Shown here: one piece after another, positions 25,565 to 34,655 of the stretch
How positions within the stretch are numbered: position 1 is the stretch's first letter
How the letters are laid out: every line of letters begins with the position of its first letter
DNA from: an uncultured Anaerolinea sp.
GTDB lineage: Bacteria; Chloroflexota; Anaerolineae; Anaerolineales; Anaerolineaceae
Direction of reading: 5' to 3'
DNA length: 64,000 bases
Assembly: GCA_964428125.1 (NCBI GenBank)
Contig: CAYRXB010000009.1
Coordinates: forward strand, 10,006 to 74,005
Position numbers and translations under genes: made by a program
Notes under the pieces: generated by a model
Seen by the model: only the letters and a program-made list of their open reading frames with translations
Database searches by the model: none
What the model was told of the DNA's origin: nothing

Positions 25565-26605
25565 ATGCAGGAACTTGTGACAGCAATTGAAAAATGGTTT
25601 GGGCAGGGCAAACAGGTGGCGCTGGCGATGGTGGTGAACGTGAAGGATTCTGCGCCGCGGGGCATGGGAGCCAAGATGGCGGTCAGCAGCGCAGGAGAAA
25701 TGGAAGGGTCGGTCAGCGCAGGCTGTGTGGAAGGCGCAGTGGTACAGGAAGCGCTGCAGGTGATGAAGACTTGCAAACCAGTGCTGGTGAAGTACGGAAT
25801 ATCCGATGAACAGGCTTTTTCCGTGGGGTTATCCTGCGGCGGGACGATCGAGGTATTTATCCGTCCATTTTTTGAAGCTGACCTTAATGAGATTCGTCCT
25901 TACCTGGCGAGTGGACGTTTTTTTGCGCAGGGGGTTGTGCTGGATGGGGCAAACGCGGGAAAAACGGGGACAGTTTATCCAGAGGAAGACCTTATAACAA
26001 GGTTGGGTATGGATGAGTACCGCTTGCCGGAAGACATCACACAGGCTGGATTGTTTCACGAGCAGCAAAACAAGCGGATTGAATTGCAGGGCGGAGAAAA
26101 GCCTGCAACGCTCTTTTTCAATCTTTTCCCGCTTCCTTCGCGGTTGATCGTGGTCGGCGGGGTACACACTGCGATCAGCTTGCTGCGAATGGCAAAGACG
26201 TTTCAATTTCAAACCATCCTGATTGATCCACGCAAGGCGTTTGCCAACCGAGATCGATTTCCAGATGTTGATGAGTTAATTACTGAATGGCCACAGGAGG
26301 CACTGCCGCACCTTAACCTGGATGAGGGCTGCTATTTTGTCACACTCTCGCATGATGACAAGATTGACATGCCCGCTGCAGAATTTGCCTGCAAGAGCAA
26401 AGCGCGATATATCGGTATGCTGGCTTCGAGGAAGAACGCTGCCCGCCGCCGGGAAATACTTTTGACAGATGGGTTAAGCGAAGAACAGGTTGAGCGTATT
26501 CATTCACCGGTGGGGCTCAATATTGGAGCACGCGGTCCGGAAGAAATCGCACTATCCATCCTGGCAGAGATGGTTGCAGTACGCAATGGAGCCAATATCG
26601 GCTAG
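25565..26605 (+). CDS. XdhC/CoxI-family accessory protein
   Basis: 346 aa. N-terminal XdhC_CoxI block (GQGKQVALAMVVNVKDSAPRGMGAKMAVSSAGEMEGSVSAGCVE) and a C-terminal Rossmann-like domain (LIVVGGVHTAISL...YFVTLSHDDKIDMPA). Confidence 0.85.
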   Translation: MQELVTAIEKWFGQGKQVALAMVVNVKDSAPRGMGAKMAVSSAGEMEGSVSAGCVEGAVVQEALQVMKTCKPVLVKYGISDEQAFSVGLSCGGTIEVFIRPFFEADLNEIRPYLASGRFFAQGVVLDGANAGKTGTVYPEEDLITRLGMDEYRLPEDITQAGLFHEQQNKRIELQGGEKPATLFFNLFPLPSRLIVVGGVHTAISLLRMAKTFQFQTILIDPRKAFANRDRFPDVDELITEWPQEALPHLNLDEGCYFVTLSHDDKIDMPAAEFACKSKARYIGMLASRKNAARRREILLTDGLSEEQVERIHSPVGLNIGARGPEEIALSILAEMVAVRNGANIG

Positions 26606-26624
26606 TTGTAAACTTAGACCCGTC

Positions 26625-27293
26625 CTAATTTAATTTATAGTGAGAAACCCCGGGGATCTTTTCAAGACCGGCGCGGAGATCGCTCATTGGGTCATCTGCA
26701 ACGGTCTTTACTACCACGTTGGCGGTGAACTTATCCTCGGGGATATTCTTATCCAGGCTGATGGATAACACTTTCTTTTTGAGACCTTTAAGCATGCCAA
26801 GCAGGTCATCAACCAACCCGGGGTTATGCAAAGCAGTAACCGAAACAGTGATCGTTTCGTAACCCTTAATCCATTTCTTTTCCAACACGTTGAGTAATAC
26901 CAGAATAATGATGAGCATGCCGGTTGTCGCCACTGCCGCAAAGTAATGCCCGGCGCCAACCGCCAGACCGACCATGGCATTAGTCCACAGGCTGGCAGCT
27001 GTGGTTAACCCTTTAACGCTGGTGCCATAACGCAGGATAGCTCCCGCTCCAAGGAAACCGATGCCAGAAACCACCTGCGCGGCAATACGCCCAGGATCAC
27101 CATTGGGAACGAGGGGATAGAATTGCATGGCAATATTAATGGAAATTGTCATGGCCAGGCACGAACCGATTGACAGGATGGTGTGGGTACGTAAGCCGGC
27201 TGGCTGGTTTTGCAGTTCGCGTTCATAGCCAACGATCATACCTAGCACAGCGGCGATGGCAAGGCGAATAATAATATCGGTATCTGTGATCAT
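26625..27293 (-). CDS. MgtC/SapB-family membrane protein
   Basis: 222 aa. IIRLAIAAVLGMIVGYERELQNQPAGLRTHTILSIGSCL, plus a soluble ACT-like C-terminal domain. Confidence 0.88.
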   Translation of the reverse strand: MITDTDIIIRLAIAAVLGMIVGYERELQNQPAGLRTHTILSIGSCLAMTISINIAMQFYPLVPNGDPGRIAAQVVSGIGFLGAGAILRYGTSVKGLTTAASLWTNAMVGLAVGAGHYFAAVATTGMLIIILVLLNVLEKKWIKGYETITVSVTALHNPGLVDDLLGMLKGLKKKVLSISLDKNIPEDKFTANVVVKTVADDPMSDLRAGLEKIPGVSHYKLN

Positions 27294-27307
27294 AAGGTCA
27301 CCTCAGG

Positions 27308-28723
27308 TCAGGCTTCCGTAAAAAAGCGTTTTTCAATCATACTCCAATCTTCATTGGATGGATTAAACAGATAAGGAGCAAAATTTGGCAAAACCGTTTT
27401 AACCAAATTTGCCATTCTAAGGGCAATGCGCCTGACTGAATAATGGGCGTTGGCGGCGGACCGCAGGTTGATGAGGTGAATCAAGCTGCGTAAATTGCCT
27501 GTGATCAGGAAACGCCGTTTATAAGAATTCGGGAGGATATAAGCACCGATTCCAACCTGGACTTTTTCAAGTTTCGTGTAAAGCTGGCTGCACTTCTGCA
27601 TCAAAGAGACATACTCATCCCGGAATCCTGCCTGTTCGATGACTCTTGGCAGCGTGAAGCCGAGGTGTGGGGTGAAACTCTGGGTGGTGAGGGTGAGCAT
27701 GCGATGGCGTTTGAGCTCGTACCAAGCTCCTTGATCGGCGGTGATTTCAAAAGTAAAAAATGAATGTTCGAGTTCACGCAGGGGTGCGGTAAAGCGGTCA
27801 CGGCTGGTAAATATCATTTTTGTCAGCTCAAGTTTTTGTGGGGAGGACATATTTGCAACCGCAGCCAATGACTGCGCATAGTCAATATTTGTGGAGCGGT
27901 AAAGCACAGCAGCCAGGATGCGGTTTTCAAGTTCAGCGGCATGGTCCACCAGGCAGCACCAGTCATTATTTGGCTTTCCGGCAGGTGTGTGATATTGTGC
28001 GCAATGCTGGTCAACAATTGCGGGGTATGGATTGGCGTTGGCATATTTAACAAGGGTAGGGACGGCTTTGAGAGCAACTTCTTTTACTTCAGCCCCAATA
28101 CGGCGTACTTCTTCCAGGTTGGAAGAGAGCAGCTTGGAGATAGCATGTTCCAGAGCACGTGCGTTAATCGTCATACCCACGTTGGCAAGCGAAGCTGCAG
28201 GCAGCACGAACCTGCAGGAATCGATGGCTGTGGATTGGACCCGACGCTTCCATGCGTTCTCTGATTCACCATCATTTTTGGCGCAGTCACATGCCACAAC
28301 CTGGGTAACTGGCTGAAGGATGAGAGCGTAAAACGCGAACAGCTCATCACAAAGTTTTTGATATTCGGTCTCGATTTTGTAACCGACGATTTCCGCCGGC
28401 ATGTAATAAGCTCCTGCATCCCAGGTTTGGTAGCGCGTGGACTTTTCTGTGTAAGAAGCCAGGCGGTTGGATTCGAGGTTCTCAACAGCCAGGCGAGAGA
28501 TATTCTCAAGGGCAATGTGCAGAACGGCGTGCTCGGCAACAGAAGAATGCCCATATCCGACCACCCACTTTTCATTGAATTCACTGCTTTTTTCTTCGTT
28601 CAATCCGGAAGCGATCTGGTCAAAAGGCTCAGGGGAACGGGAAGTCTTGGCGAAAGCCACAGCGATGGTTTCAGGAGAGTACTGCTGCGAGTCAAGCAAG
28701 TAAATGCGGGATTTATTCTTCAT
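27308..28723 (-). CDS. thyX: FAD-dependent thymidylate synthase, long two-domain (fused) form
   Basis: Two ThyX-like halves. Half 1 has GHSSVAEHAVLHIALENISRLAVENLESNRLASYTEKSTRY. Half 2 has LEHSFFTFEITADQGAWYELKRHRMLT (the RHR signature) and LRSLIHLINLRSAANAHYSVRRIA. ATG 28723 (MKNKSRIYLLD) was chosen; the track start 28819 would overlap ribF by 107 nt. Confidence 0.8.
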   Translation of the reverse strand: MKNKSRIYLLDSQQYSPETIAVAFAKTSRSPEPFDQIASGLNEEKSSEFNEKWVVGYGHSSVAEHAVLHIALENISRLAVENLESNRLASYTEKSTRYQTWDAGAYYMPAEIVGYKIETEYQKLCDELFAFYALILQPVTQVVACDCAKNDGESENAWKRRVQSTAIDSCRFVLPAASLANVGMTINARALEHAISKLLSSNLEEVRRIGAEVKEVALKAVPTLVKYANANPYPAIVDQHCAQYHTPAGKPNNDWCCLVDHAAELENRILAAVLYRSTNIDYAQSLAAVANMSSPQKLELTKMIFTSRDRFTAPLRELEHSFFTFEITADQGAWYELKRHRMLTLTTQSFTPHLGFTLPRVIEQAGFRDEYVSLMQKCSQLYTKLEKVQVGIGAYILPNSYKRRFLITGNLRSLIHLINLRSAANAHYSVRRIALRMANLVKTVLPNFAPYLFNPSNEDWSMIEKRFFTEA

Positions 28724-29633
28724 GCTGAAAGACTTTCCGTGCGAATTTGATATCTTTTGAAATCTGGCGGGCAAGGTCTTTGGAGTTGTTAAATTTTCTC
28801 TCCGGTCTAACGAACTCAATGAATTCCAGCGTCATTTCTTTTTCGTAAAGGTTGGCATCGGTATCCAGTAAATGCGGTTCCACACGCGGTTCGACCGGCT
28901 GGCTCTCAAAGGTTGGGCGTACGCCAATATTTGTTACTGACATGACATCTGACTCACTGAGCCAGGCTCGCGTGACATAAACGCCATTCCCCGGGATGAG
29001 GCGTTCTGGAGCAACCTGGAGATTGGCGGTAGGAAACCCGATCTTGGATCCGCGGTTCTCGCCGTGGATAACGGTACCCGGCAGCATAAAGTGCCGACCG
29101 AGAAGTTTGCTGGCTTCCTTAATTTTCCCATCCAACAGAGCCTGCCTGACCTGGCTGGAGGAAACGATCTTACTTCCCTCAAGTTTTGGAGCGATGGTTT
29201 CCAATTGAAAGCCCATCTTATCCCCCAGGGGTTGCAGAGCTGCGAGAGTGCCCAGGCGATCCTTGCCGAGTGCGAAATTCTGTCCCGCGATTAGGCGGGT
29301 CAAATTGACATGCTGCTTGAGAACTAATAAAAATTCTTCTGCAGAGAGGTTAGCCAGCTGCCGGTTGAAATCCAGCGTGATGACGCGGTCCACCCCGTAT
29401 TTTTTAAGGAGCTCCGCGCGCTCTTCTGGAGAAGTGAGCACATAACGCTGTGGGACGCGTTGGAAGAACACGGCTGGATGAGGCCAGAATGTTACCACAA
29501 CCGATTGCAGGTCGTTTTTCCGGGCGGTATCGACAAGCATTGAAATAAGTTGCTGGTGCCCCAGGTGCACGCCGTCGAATGAGCCGATGGTGACGATGGA
29601 TGGTTTTTTCGTTGATACGGAAATGGTTGGCAT
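28713..29633 (-). CDS. ribF: Bifunctional riboflavin kinase / FMN adenylyltransferase
   Basis: 306 aa. IGSFDGVHLGHQQLI; C-terminal kinase block (GTVIHGENRGSKIGFPTANL). Confidence 0.93.
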   Translation of the reverse strand: MPTISVSTKKPSIVTIGSFDGVHLGHQQLISMLVDTARKNDLQSVVVTFWPHPAVFFQRVPQRYVLTSPEERAELLKKYGVDRVITLDFNRQLANLSAEEFLLVLKQHVNLTRLIAGQNFALGKDRLGTLAALQPLGDKMGFQLETIAPKLEGSKIVSSSQVRQALLDGKIKEASKLLGRHFMLPGTVIHGENRGSKIGFPTANLQVAPERLIPGNGVYVTRAWLSESDVMSVTNIGVRPTFESQPVEPRVEPHLLDTDANLYEKEMTLEFIEFVRPERKFNNSKDLARQISKDIKFARKVFQHEE

Positions 29634-29696
29634 AGGTCTATTATATGAGAAAAAACCACTTCAATTGGGGTATGATAAATAAATAGTGGAGGTTTC

Positions 29697-30026
29697 ATGA
29701 AAAAAAGTATTCTGCTGCTAATCGCAAGCGTCACCATTACATTGTTCATCGTTTCTGCGTGTTCAGGTGGAGGATCAAAAACGAATGCGCAGACGGCGAC
29801 AACCACAACCCAGGCTACTTCAGCTACCTCTATTGATGATTCAAAAATGGAGTCGATGATCATGGAAAAACTTCTGGGTCATCATTCGATTGATATTGTG
29901 CTTCAGGCGAAACACACCCGCGAGGAGTGGAATGTCACCCTTGACCGAATGATTGCCAGAGGAGCTCCTATTTCGGAAGATGAAAAGAAACTGATCATCG
30001 ATTGGCTGTTATCCAGGAATCCCTAA
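29697..30026 (+). CDS. Small lipoprotein of unknown function
   Basis: 109 aa. Signal peptide with lipobox (LFIVSACSGG), Thr-rich linker, conserved-looking C-terminal half (HTREEWNVTLDRMIARGAPISEDEKKLIIDWLLS). GGAGG RBS. Confidence 0.6.
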   Translation: MKKSILLLIASVTITLFIVSACSGGGSKTNAQTATTTTQATSATSIDDSKMESMIMEKLLGHHSIDIVLQAKHTREEWNVTLDRMIARGAPISEDEKKLIIDWLLSRNP

Positions 30027-30030
30027 AAAC

Positions 30031-30068
30031 GAGATCGCCACACTCTCTCTGGTCGCTCGCGATGACAA
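30031..30068 (+). repeat. Isolated copy of the ~37-nt short repeat
   Basis: GAGATCGCCACACTCTCTCTGGTCGCTCGCGATGACAA has the same ends as the copies at 10675-10833 and 13833-13872. Confidence 0.7.
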
Positions 30069-30075
30069 CCTAATC

Positions 30076-30114
30076 AAATTGACTTGTTCGAAAATCGAAC
30101 AAGTCAATTTTTTT
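30076..30114. terminator. Bidirectional rho-independent terminator (lipoprotein gene / truB)
   Basis: A perfect 16-bp stem AAATTGACTTGTTCGA-aaa-TCGAACAAGTCAATTT followed by TTTT. A-run/T-run symmetry allows function on both strands. It abuts the truB stop codon (30113-30115). Confidence 0.85.
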
Positions 30115-31030
30115 ATGAGAAGAATACTTTCTTCGGCTGCCACTCATGGGTGGCTTCATCCAGTTCAAGCAGCGCCACCAATTCTCCCTGCTGGCTGATG
30201 CCGCAGGAACGGGGACCCGAACCCTCGGCAGCAGGGATGCGATGCCCGTGGCGAATGGCGTCCATCTGCTCATCGGTGAGATCAATGGCGGGCCAGTCAG
30301 TGAGGGCTTCAGCAGCGGGGATGAGGTACTGGTACCAGGAACCGTCGATAAAAGCTTCGTTCAGTTTTCTCAGGGGAACGGCGTCTCGCAGGGTAAAGCG
30401 GCCGTTCTTGGTGCGGCGCAGCCCGGTGAGGGTTGCCCCGCAGCCCAGGCGCTGCCCAAGATCATGGGCGAGCGAACGCACGTAGGTTCCCGAGGAGCAG
30501 TTTACATCGATGACCACTTCCGGTGGTGCCCATTCGAGCAGCTCGAGGCTGTAAACATCAATGATGCGAGGCTCCAGTTCCACTTCTTCACCAGCACGCG
30601 CCATTTCGTAAGCTTTGCGCCCCTGCACCTTGATAGCAGAATAGGGCGGCGGTACCTGTTCGATACGCCCGACGAATTTTTGCAGTTCGGTGTTGAACTG
30701 TTCTTCCGTGACTTCGACTGGTTTTTCCGCAAGCAGTCTGCCATCGCCATCGTATGTATCGGTGGTGGTGCCAAGTTGAATGACTGCCTGGTAGCGTTTG
30801 TCAGACGCAGCCACGTATTCACTCAAGCGGACAGCCGGTCCAAGCAAGACTACAAGGACGCCGGAAGCGCGCGGGTCAAGTGTGCCGGTGTGCCCGGCGC
30901 GGCGGATGTTGGTGCCGCGGCGGATTGCCTGGACGACATCATGCGAGGTCATCCCGACGGGTTTATCGACAACCAGCACTCCAGAGATGGTGTTTTTTAC
31001 ATCATAACGAGCATTCTGACTATCGTTCAT
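30113..31030 (-). CDS. truB: tRNA pseudouridine55 synthase
   Basis: 305 aa. GVLVVDKPVGMTSHDVV, AGHTGTLDPRASGVLVV. Confidence 0.95.
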   Translation of the reverse strand: MNDSQNARYDVKNTISGVLVVDKPVGMTSHDVVQAIRRGTNIRRAGHTGTLDPRASGVLVVLLGPAVRLSEYVAASDKRYQAVIQLGTTTDTYDGDGRLLAEKPVEVTEEQFNTELQKFVGRIEQVPPPYSAIKVQGRKAYEMARAGEEVELEPRIIDVYSLELLEWAPPEVVIDVNCSSGTYVRSLAHDLGQRLGCGATLTGLRRTKNGRFTLRDAVPLRKLNEAFIDGSWYQYLIPAAEALTDWPAIDLTDEQMDAIRHGHRIPAAEGSGPRSCGISQQGELVALLELDEATHEWQPKKVFFS

Positions 31031-31052
31031 TTTGCAGCTCCATTATTGTTAT

Positions 31053-32045
31053 CTAAATCTCCCCTTTTTCTCCCCTATCTATTGACTGTAAAAATGCAAG
31101 CGTTCGGGCAACGACCAGCGTTTCAGTTTCCTGCAAGCTTTTGTTGAGCTCTGCACCCGCGGCAGCAGGATGTCCGCCACCATCATATTCCGCAGCCAGG
31201 ACGCTAACATCCACGCCGGGTACAGACCGCCAGCTTATTTTGGTTTTTGATTTACTGTGTTCAACGAATAGTACTGAAACCCTGCTCTCTTCGATGGATG
31301 ATAACAAATTGGTTAGATCTGCATCATCATCTAATTTATACCCCGAATTAGCGCGGTCTTCAAGTGTCAACGAGGTCCACACCAGACCGTCTTTTCTCTG
31401 CATGCGGGCGAGTGCGTAACCCCAGTACTTGGCAGCGCTGAAGGGTCTGCTAATGAGTGCCTTGTTGTACAGGGCATAAAGATCAGCACCGGCTTTCATC
31501 AGAATAGTAGAGAGCTTTAGCGCCTTAATATTGGTGTTGGAAGTGCGGAAACCAATGGAATCACTGACGATGCCGGTGAGGAGTGCGTCAGCAACCTGGC
31601 GGGTGATGGGCAGTTCGACCTTTGGGAGCAGTTCGGTGAGGATGGCACAGGTGGCGACAGCATCTGGATCAATCAGGTTGATGGTGGCAAAGCGCTCGTT
31701 GGTAATGTGGTGATCGATGTTTATATCGAAATAACAACCCTCCGGCAGCCCGCGGCTGCGTTTGAGGTCAGCGCAATCCACCGAGATATACAGGTCGCAG
31801 GGAGCGGAGAAGTTTTTTTGAACCAGTTCAGATCCATCCAAATGGCGGAAGGTATGGGATACCCCGCTGGGAAGGACCATCTGAACCTGCTTGTTTTTGG
31901 CGGCAAGCGCCAGCCCCAACCCGAGGACTGAACCAACGGCATCGCCATCCGGGCGAACGTGCGTGGTAATCCCGATGCTATTCACAGCATCGAGCGCTTG
32001 TTTGATCTGATTAATGATCTGATTGCTGCTTTTTTCTGGCTTCAT
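31053..32045 (-). CDS. nrnA: DHH/DHHA1 phosphoesterase (NrnA-type oligoribonuclease / pAp phosphatase)
   Basis: 330 aa. HVRPDGDAVGS, DIDHHITN and GGGHPAAAG motifs. Sits at the conserved position between rbfA and truB. Confidence 0.85.
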   Translation of the reverse strand: MKPEKSSNQIINQIKQALDAVNSIGITTHVRPDGDAVGSVLGLGLALAAKNKQVQMVLPSGVSHTFRHLDGSELVQKNFSAPCDLYISVDCADLKRSRGLPEGCYFDINIDHHITNERFATINLIDPDAVATCAILTELLPKVELPITRQVADALLTGIVSDSIGFRTSNTNIKALKLSTILMKAGADLYALYNKALISRPFSAAKYWGYALARMQRKDGLVWTSLTLEDRANSGYKLDDDADLTNLLSSIEESRVSVLFVEHSKSKTKISWRSVPGVDVSVLAAEYDGGGHPAAAGAELNKSLQETETLVVARTLAFLQSIDRGEKGEI

Positions 32046-32394
32046 CTTCTTTTTTTATTTTTAGCAATAACTGCTCAATGTGATCTGCTTTTTCAGGGGT
32101 CGGATCCCAGTGGAAACGCAAGCGAGGGAAAGCGCGTAATTCGATTCGTTCGGCGAGCATCTTGCGGATGAATCCGCTTGCGCTTTCAAAGCCATCGAGG
32201 ATCTCTTTCTGTCTGGTGCTGCCTTCAACAGCGGAAATATAGATATCCGCATAAGCCAGTTCGCGGTCAACCCTGGCATCGGTAATATTGGCACCAGTCA
32301 GGCGGTAATCGCGGATCTCGCCTTTTACCAGCATCATGGAAAGTTCCTCCCGGATGCGGTCGCCAATTCGCGTTAATCTTAATTGTGAGGGCAT
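32011..32394 (-). CDS. rbfA: Ribosome-binding factor A
   Basis: 127 aa. RIGDRIREELSMMLVKGEIRDYRL...ITDARVDRELAYADIYIS. The 3' end overlaps the nrnA start by 35 nt. Confidence 0.9.
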   Translation of the reverse strand: MPSQLRLTRIGDRIREELSMMLVKGEIRDYRLTGANITDARVDRELAYADIYISAVEGSTRQKEILDGFESASGFIRKMLAERIELRAFPRLRFHWDPTPEKADHIEQLLLKIKKEDEARKKQQSDH

Positions 32395-32416
32395 AGTCTA
32401 ACCTTCCACGGGCTGC

Positions 32417-34201
32417 TTACCCGTTCTTCTCCAGCACATAGGCTTCGAGGATATCTCCCTCTTGCAGATCGTTGAACCCTTTGAGAGAGACGCCGCATTC
32501 AAAACCCTGGCGGACTTCCTTGACATCGTCTTTTTCGTGTTTAAGCGAGGAAACTTCGCCTTCAAAGACCTTGGTGCCGTTGCGCATTACGCGGATGCGG
32601 GTATTGCGGCGAAGTTCGCCTTCCAACACACGGCATCCGGCGATGGTGCCTACCTTGTTGATCTTGAAAATGGCGCGCACCTGAGCCTGACCGACATTAA
32701 CTTCCTTGACCTCGGGTTCGAGCATTCCTTTGAGGGCTTTTTCGATATCCTCGATCATACGGTAGATGATGTCGTATTTGCGGATGGAAACATTCTGCTG
32801 ATCTGCCAGGTTATTCGCTGCGCTGTCGGCATCGACATTGAAACCGAGGACGATGGCTTTACTGGCGGAGGCAAGCATGACGTCGCTTTCGCTTATGTTG
32901 CCTGTCTCCGCATGGATCATATTGATCTTGATGTCGCCTTTGCTGAGTTCCTTGAGGGAATTGACGATTGGCTCGAGCGATCCCTGTACATCCACCTTGA
33001 GGATGATTGGCAGTTCCTTGATCTCTCCTGCCTGCACTTTTTCAAATAATTGCTCGAGAGTGATCTTGGAGGAAGCTGCCTGTTTGCCTGCCTTTTCTTC
33101 CATCCGTTGCTGGATGATTGCGCGGGCTTCCTTCTCATTGGATACGACTTCAAAGACATCCCCAGCCGGTGGTACATCCCCCATCCCCAACACCTGGACG
33201 GGTGAGGAGGGACCAGCGGAGCGGATCTTCTTGCCCTTGAAATCGAACATGGCACGGATCTTTCCGTAGGTATTTCCTGCCAGGATGGTATCACCATCTT
33301 TGAGGGTACCATTTTGAACGAGCATGGTAGCTACCACGCCGCGGGTTTTATCGATCTGGGATTCGATGACGGTGCCGAAGACTTTCCCAGCCGGGTTGGC
33401 AAGGATCTCCATGCTGTCACTGGTGAGCAAAATGGCTTCCAACAGGTCTTCGAGACCTTTCTTCTGCTTGGCGGAAACTGGGATGACCATGGTATTCCCA
33501 CCCCATTCATCCGGCACCAGACCCAGTTCACCAAGCTGTTTCTTGACAAAGTCAGGGTTGGCATCAGGGCGGTCGATCTTGTTGAGCGCGACAATGATGG
33601 GAACGCGGGCAGCCTTGGCGTGGGCAATGGCTTCCTTGGTCTGGGGCATCACACCGTCTTCAGCAGCAACGACCAGAATGACGATATCCGCTCCCTGGGC
33701 GCCACGTGCGCGCATGGCAGTGAATGCTGCGTGACCGGGGGTATCGAGGAAGGTGATCTGGCGTCCTTTCTGTTCCGCCTGGTAAGCACCGATGTGCTGG
33801 GTGATTCCGCCAGCTTCTCCACCGGCAACATTGGTGTGGCGGATGGCATCCAGCAGGGTGGTCTTGCCGTGGTCAACATGACCGAGGATGGTGACCACCG
33901 CCGGGCGTTTCGTCAGTTTTTTGGGGTCTTCTGCCATGATGATGCGGCGCCATAAGGGAATCTCTCCGGTATCTTCAACGGTGGTTTCTTCTTCGGTCTT
34001 TTCGGGTACAGCTTCGAAGCCGAGTTCCGCAGCCACGATGGCGGCAGTATCAAAGTCGATCATTTGATTAATGTTTGCCATCACGCCATTGGCCATTAAT
34101 ACCTTGATGACCTGAATGGGACTGGCGTTCATTTTCTGCGCTAGATCCCTAACGGTGAGTGTCACCGGAAATTCAACTGTCTTGCTCTGGTTTTCGCCCA
34201 T
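32417..34201 (-). CDS. infB: Translation initiation factor IF-2 (short form)
   Basis: G-domain ([23 protein letters not shown]) and C-terminal domains. ATG 34201 is preceded by AGGAGG at 7 nt. The upstream ATG at 34249 used by the track has no such RBS. Confidence 0.93.
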   Translation of the reverse strand: MGENQSKTVEFPVTLTVRDLAQKMNASPIQVIKVLMANGVMANINQMIDFDTAAIVAAELGFEAVPEKTEEETTVEDTGEIPLWRRIIMAEDPKKLTKRPAVVTILGHVDHGKTTLLDAIRHTNVAGGEAGGITQHIGAYQAEQKGRQITFLDTPGHAAFTAMRARGAQGADIVILVVAAEDGVMPQTKEAIAHAKAARVPIIVALNKIDRPDANPDFVKKQLGELGLVPDEWGGNTMVIPVSAKQKKGLEDLLEAILLTSDSMEILANPAGKVFGTVIESQIDKTRGVVATMLVQNGTLKDGDTILAGNTYGKIRAMFDFKGKKIRSAGPSSPVQVLGMGDVPPAGDVFEVVSNEKEARAIIQQRMEEKAGKQAASSKITLEQLFEKVQAGEIKELPIILKVDVQGSLEPIVNSLKELSKGDIKINMIHAETGNISESDVMLASASKAIVLGFNVDADSAANNLADQQNVSIRKYDIIYRMIEDIEKALKGMLEPEVKEVNVGQAQVRAIFKINKVGTIAGCRVLEGELRRNTRIRVMRNGTKVFEGEVSSLKHEKDDVKEVRQGFECGVSLKGFNDLQEGDILEAYVLEKNG

Positions 34202-34306
34202 AATGCACCTCCTGTAAAATGTGCCCCCTTTGATCCTTGCCATTAACAATAAAAATTTCTTCTAGCAAGAGTGACCTGTGGTACTTCTGAGCTATTGGAG
34301 TACAGG

Positions 34307-34642
34307 TCAACTGATCATTTTGTTTTCCTCACCTGGCGTTTGATTGCCAGGTGTTTCATCGACCGGTAAGGTGGCTACGAATTCTTTTAATTTCGCCCGG
34401 TCTTCCACGGTCAGCTCGATCCTTAAGGCAGCGTTGATCGGTCCTTTGATCGCTTTTTCCCAGCAGCTGCGTGATGCATGAACATAAGCACCTCGACCCT
34501 GGGCTTTGCCCGTCGGGTCCACAAAGACACCCTTGTCTGTTCGCACGATGCGGATCAGTTCACGTTTGGAGAGAACCGTTCTGCAGCCGATGCAGGTCCT
34601 TTGTGGGACGTGTTTTATGCGTTTGACTGTTTTTTTTGCCAC
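34307..34642 (-). CDS. ylxR: YlxR/RnpM-family (DUF448) RNA-binding protein
   Basis: PQRTCIGCRTVLSKRELIRIVR...GRGAYVH. Start uncertain: GTG 34642 (GAGAGGA upstream, 13 nt after the nusA stop) is preferred; the alternative ATG 34678 overlaps nusA. The track start 34822 is rejected. Confidence 0.75.
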   Translation of the reverse strand: MAKKTVKRIKHVPQRTCIGCRTVLSKRELIRIVRTDKGVFVDPTGKAQGRGAYVHASRSCWEKAIKGPINAALRIELTVEDRAKLKEFVATLPVDETPGNQTPGEENKMIS

Positions 34643-34655
34643 CGGTCCTCTCGAA

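Noticed and set aside
30146-31147. 333-aa plus-strand ORF
   Set aside because: It is antisense to truB and the start of nrnA, and has no motifs.
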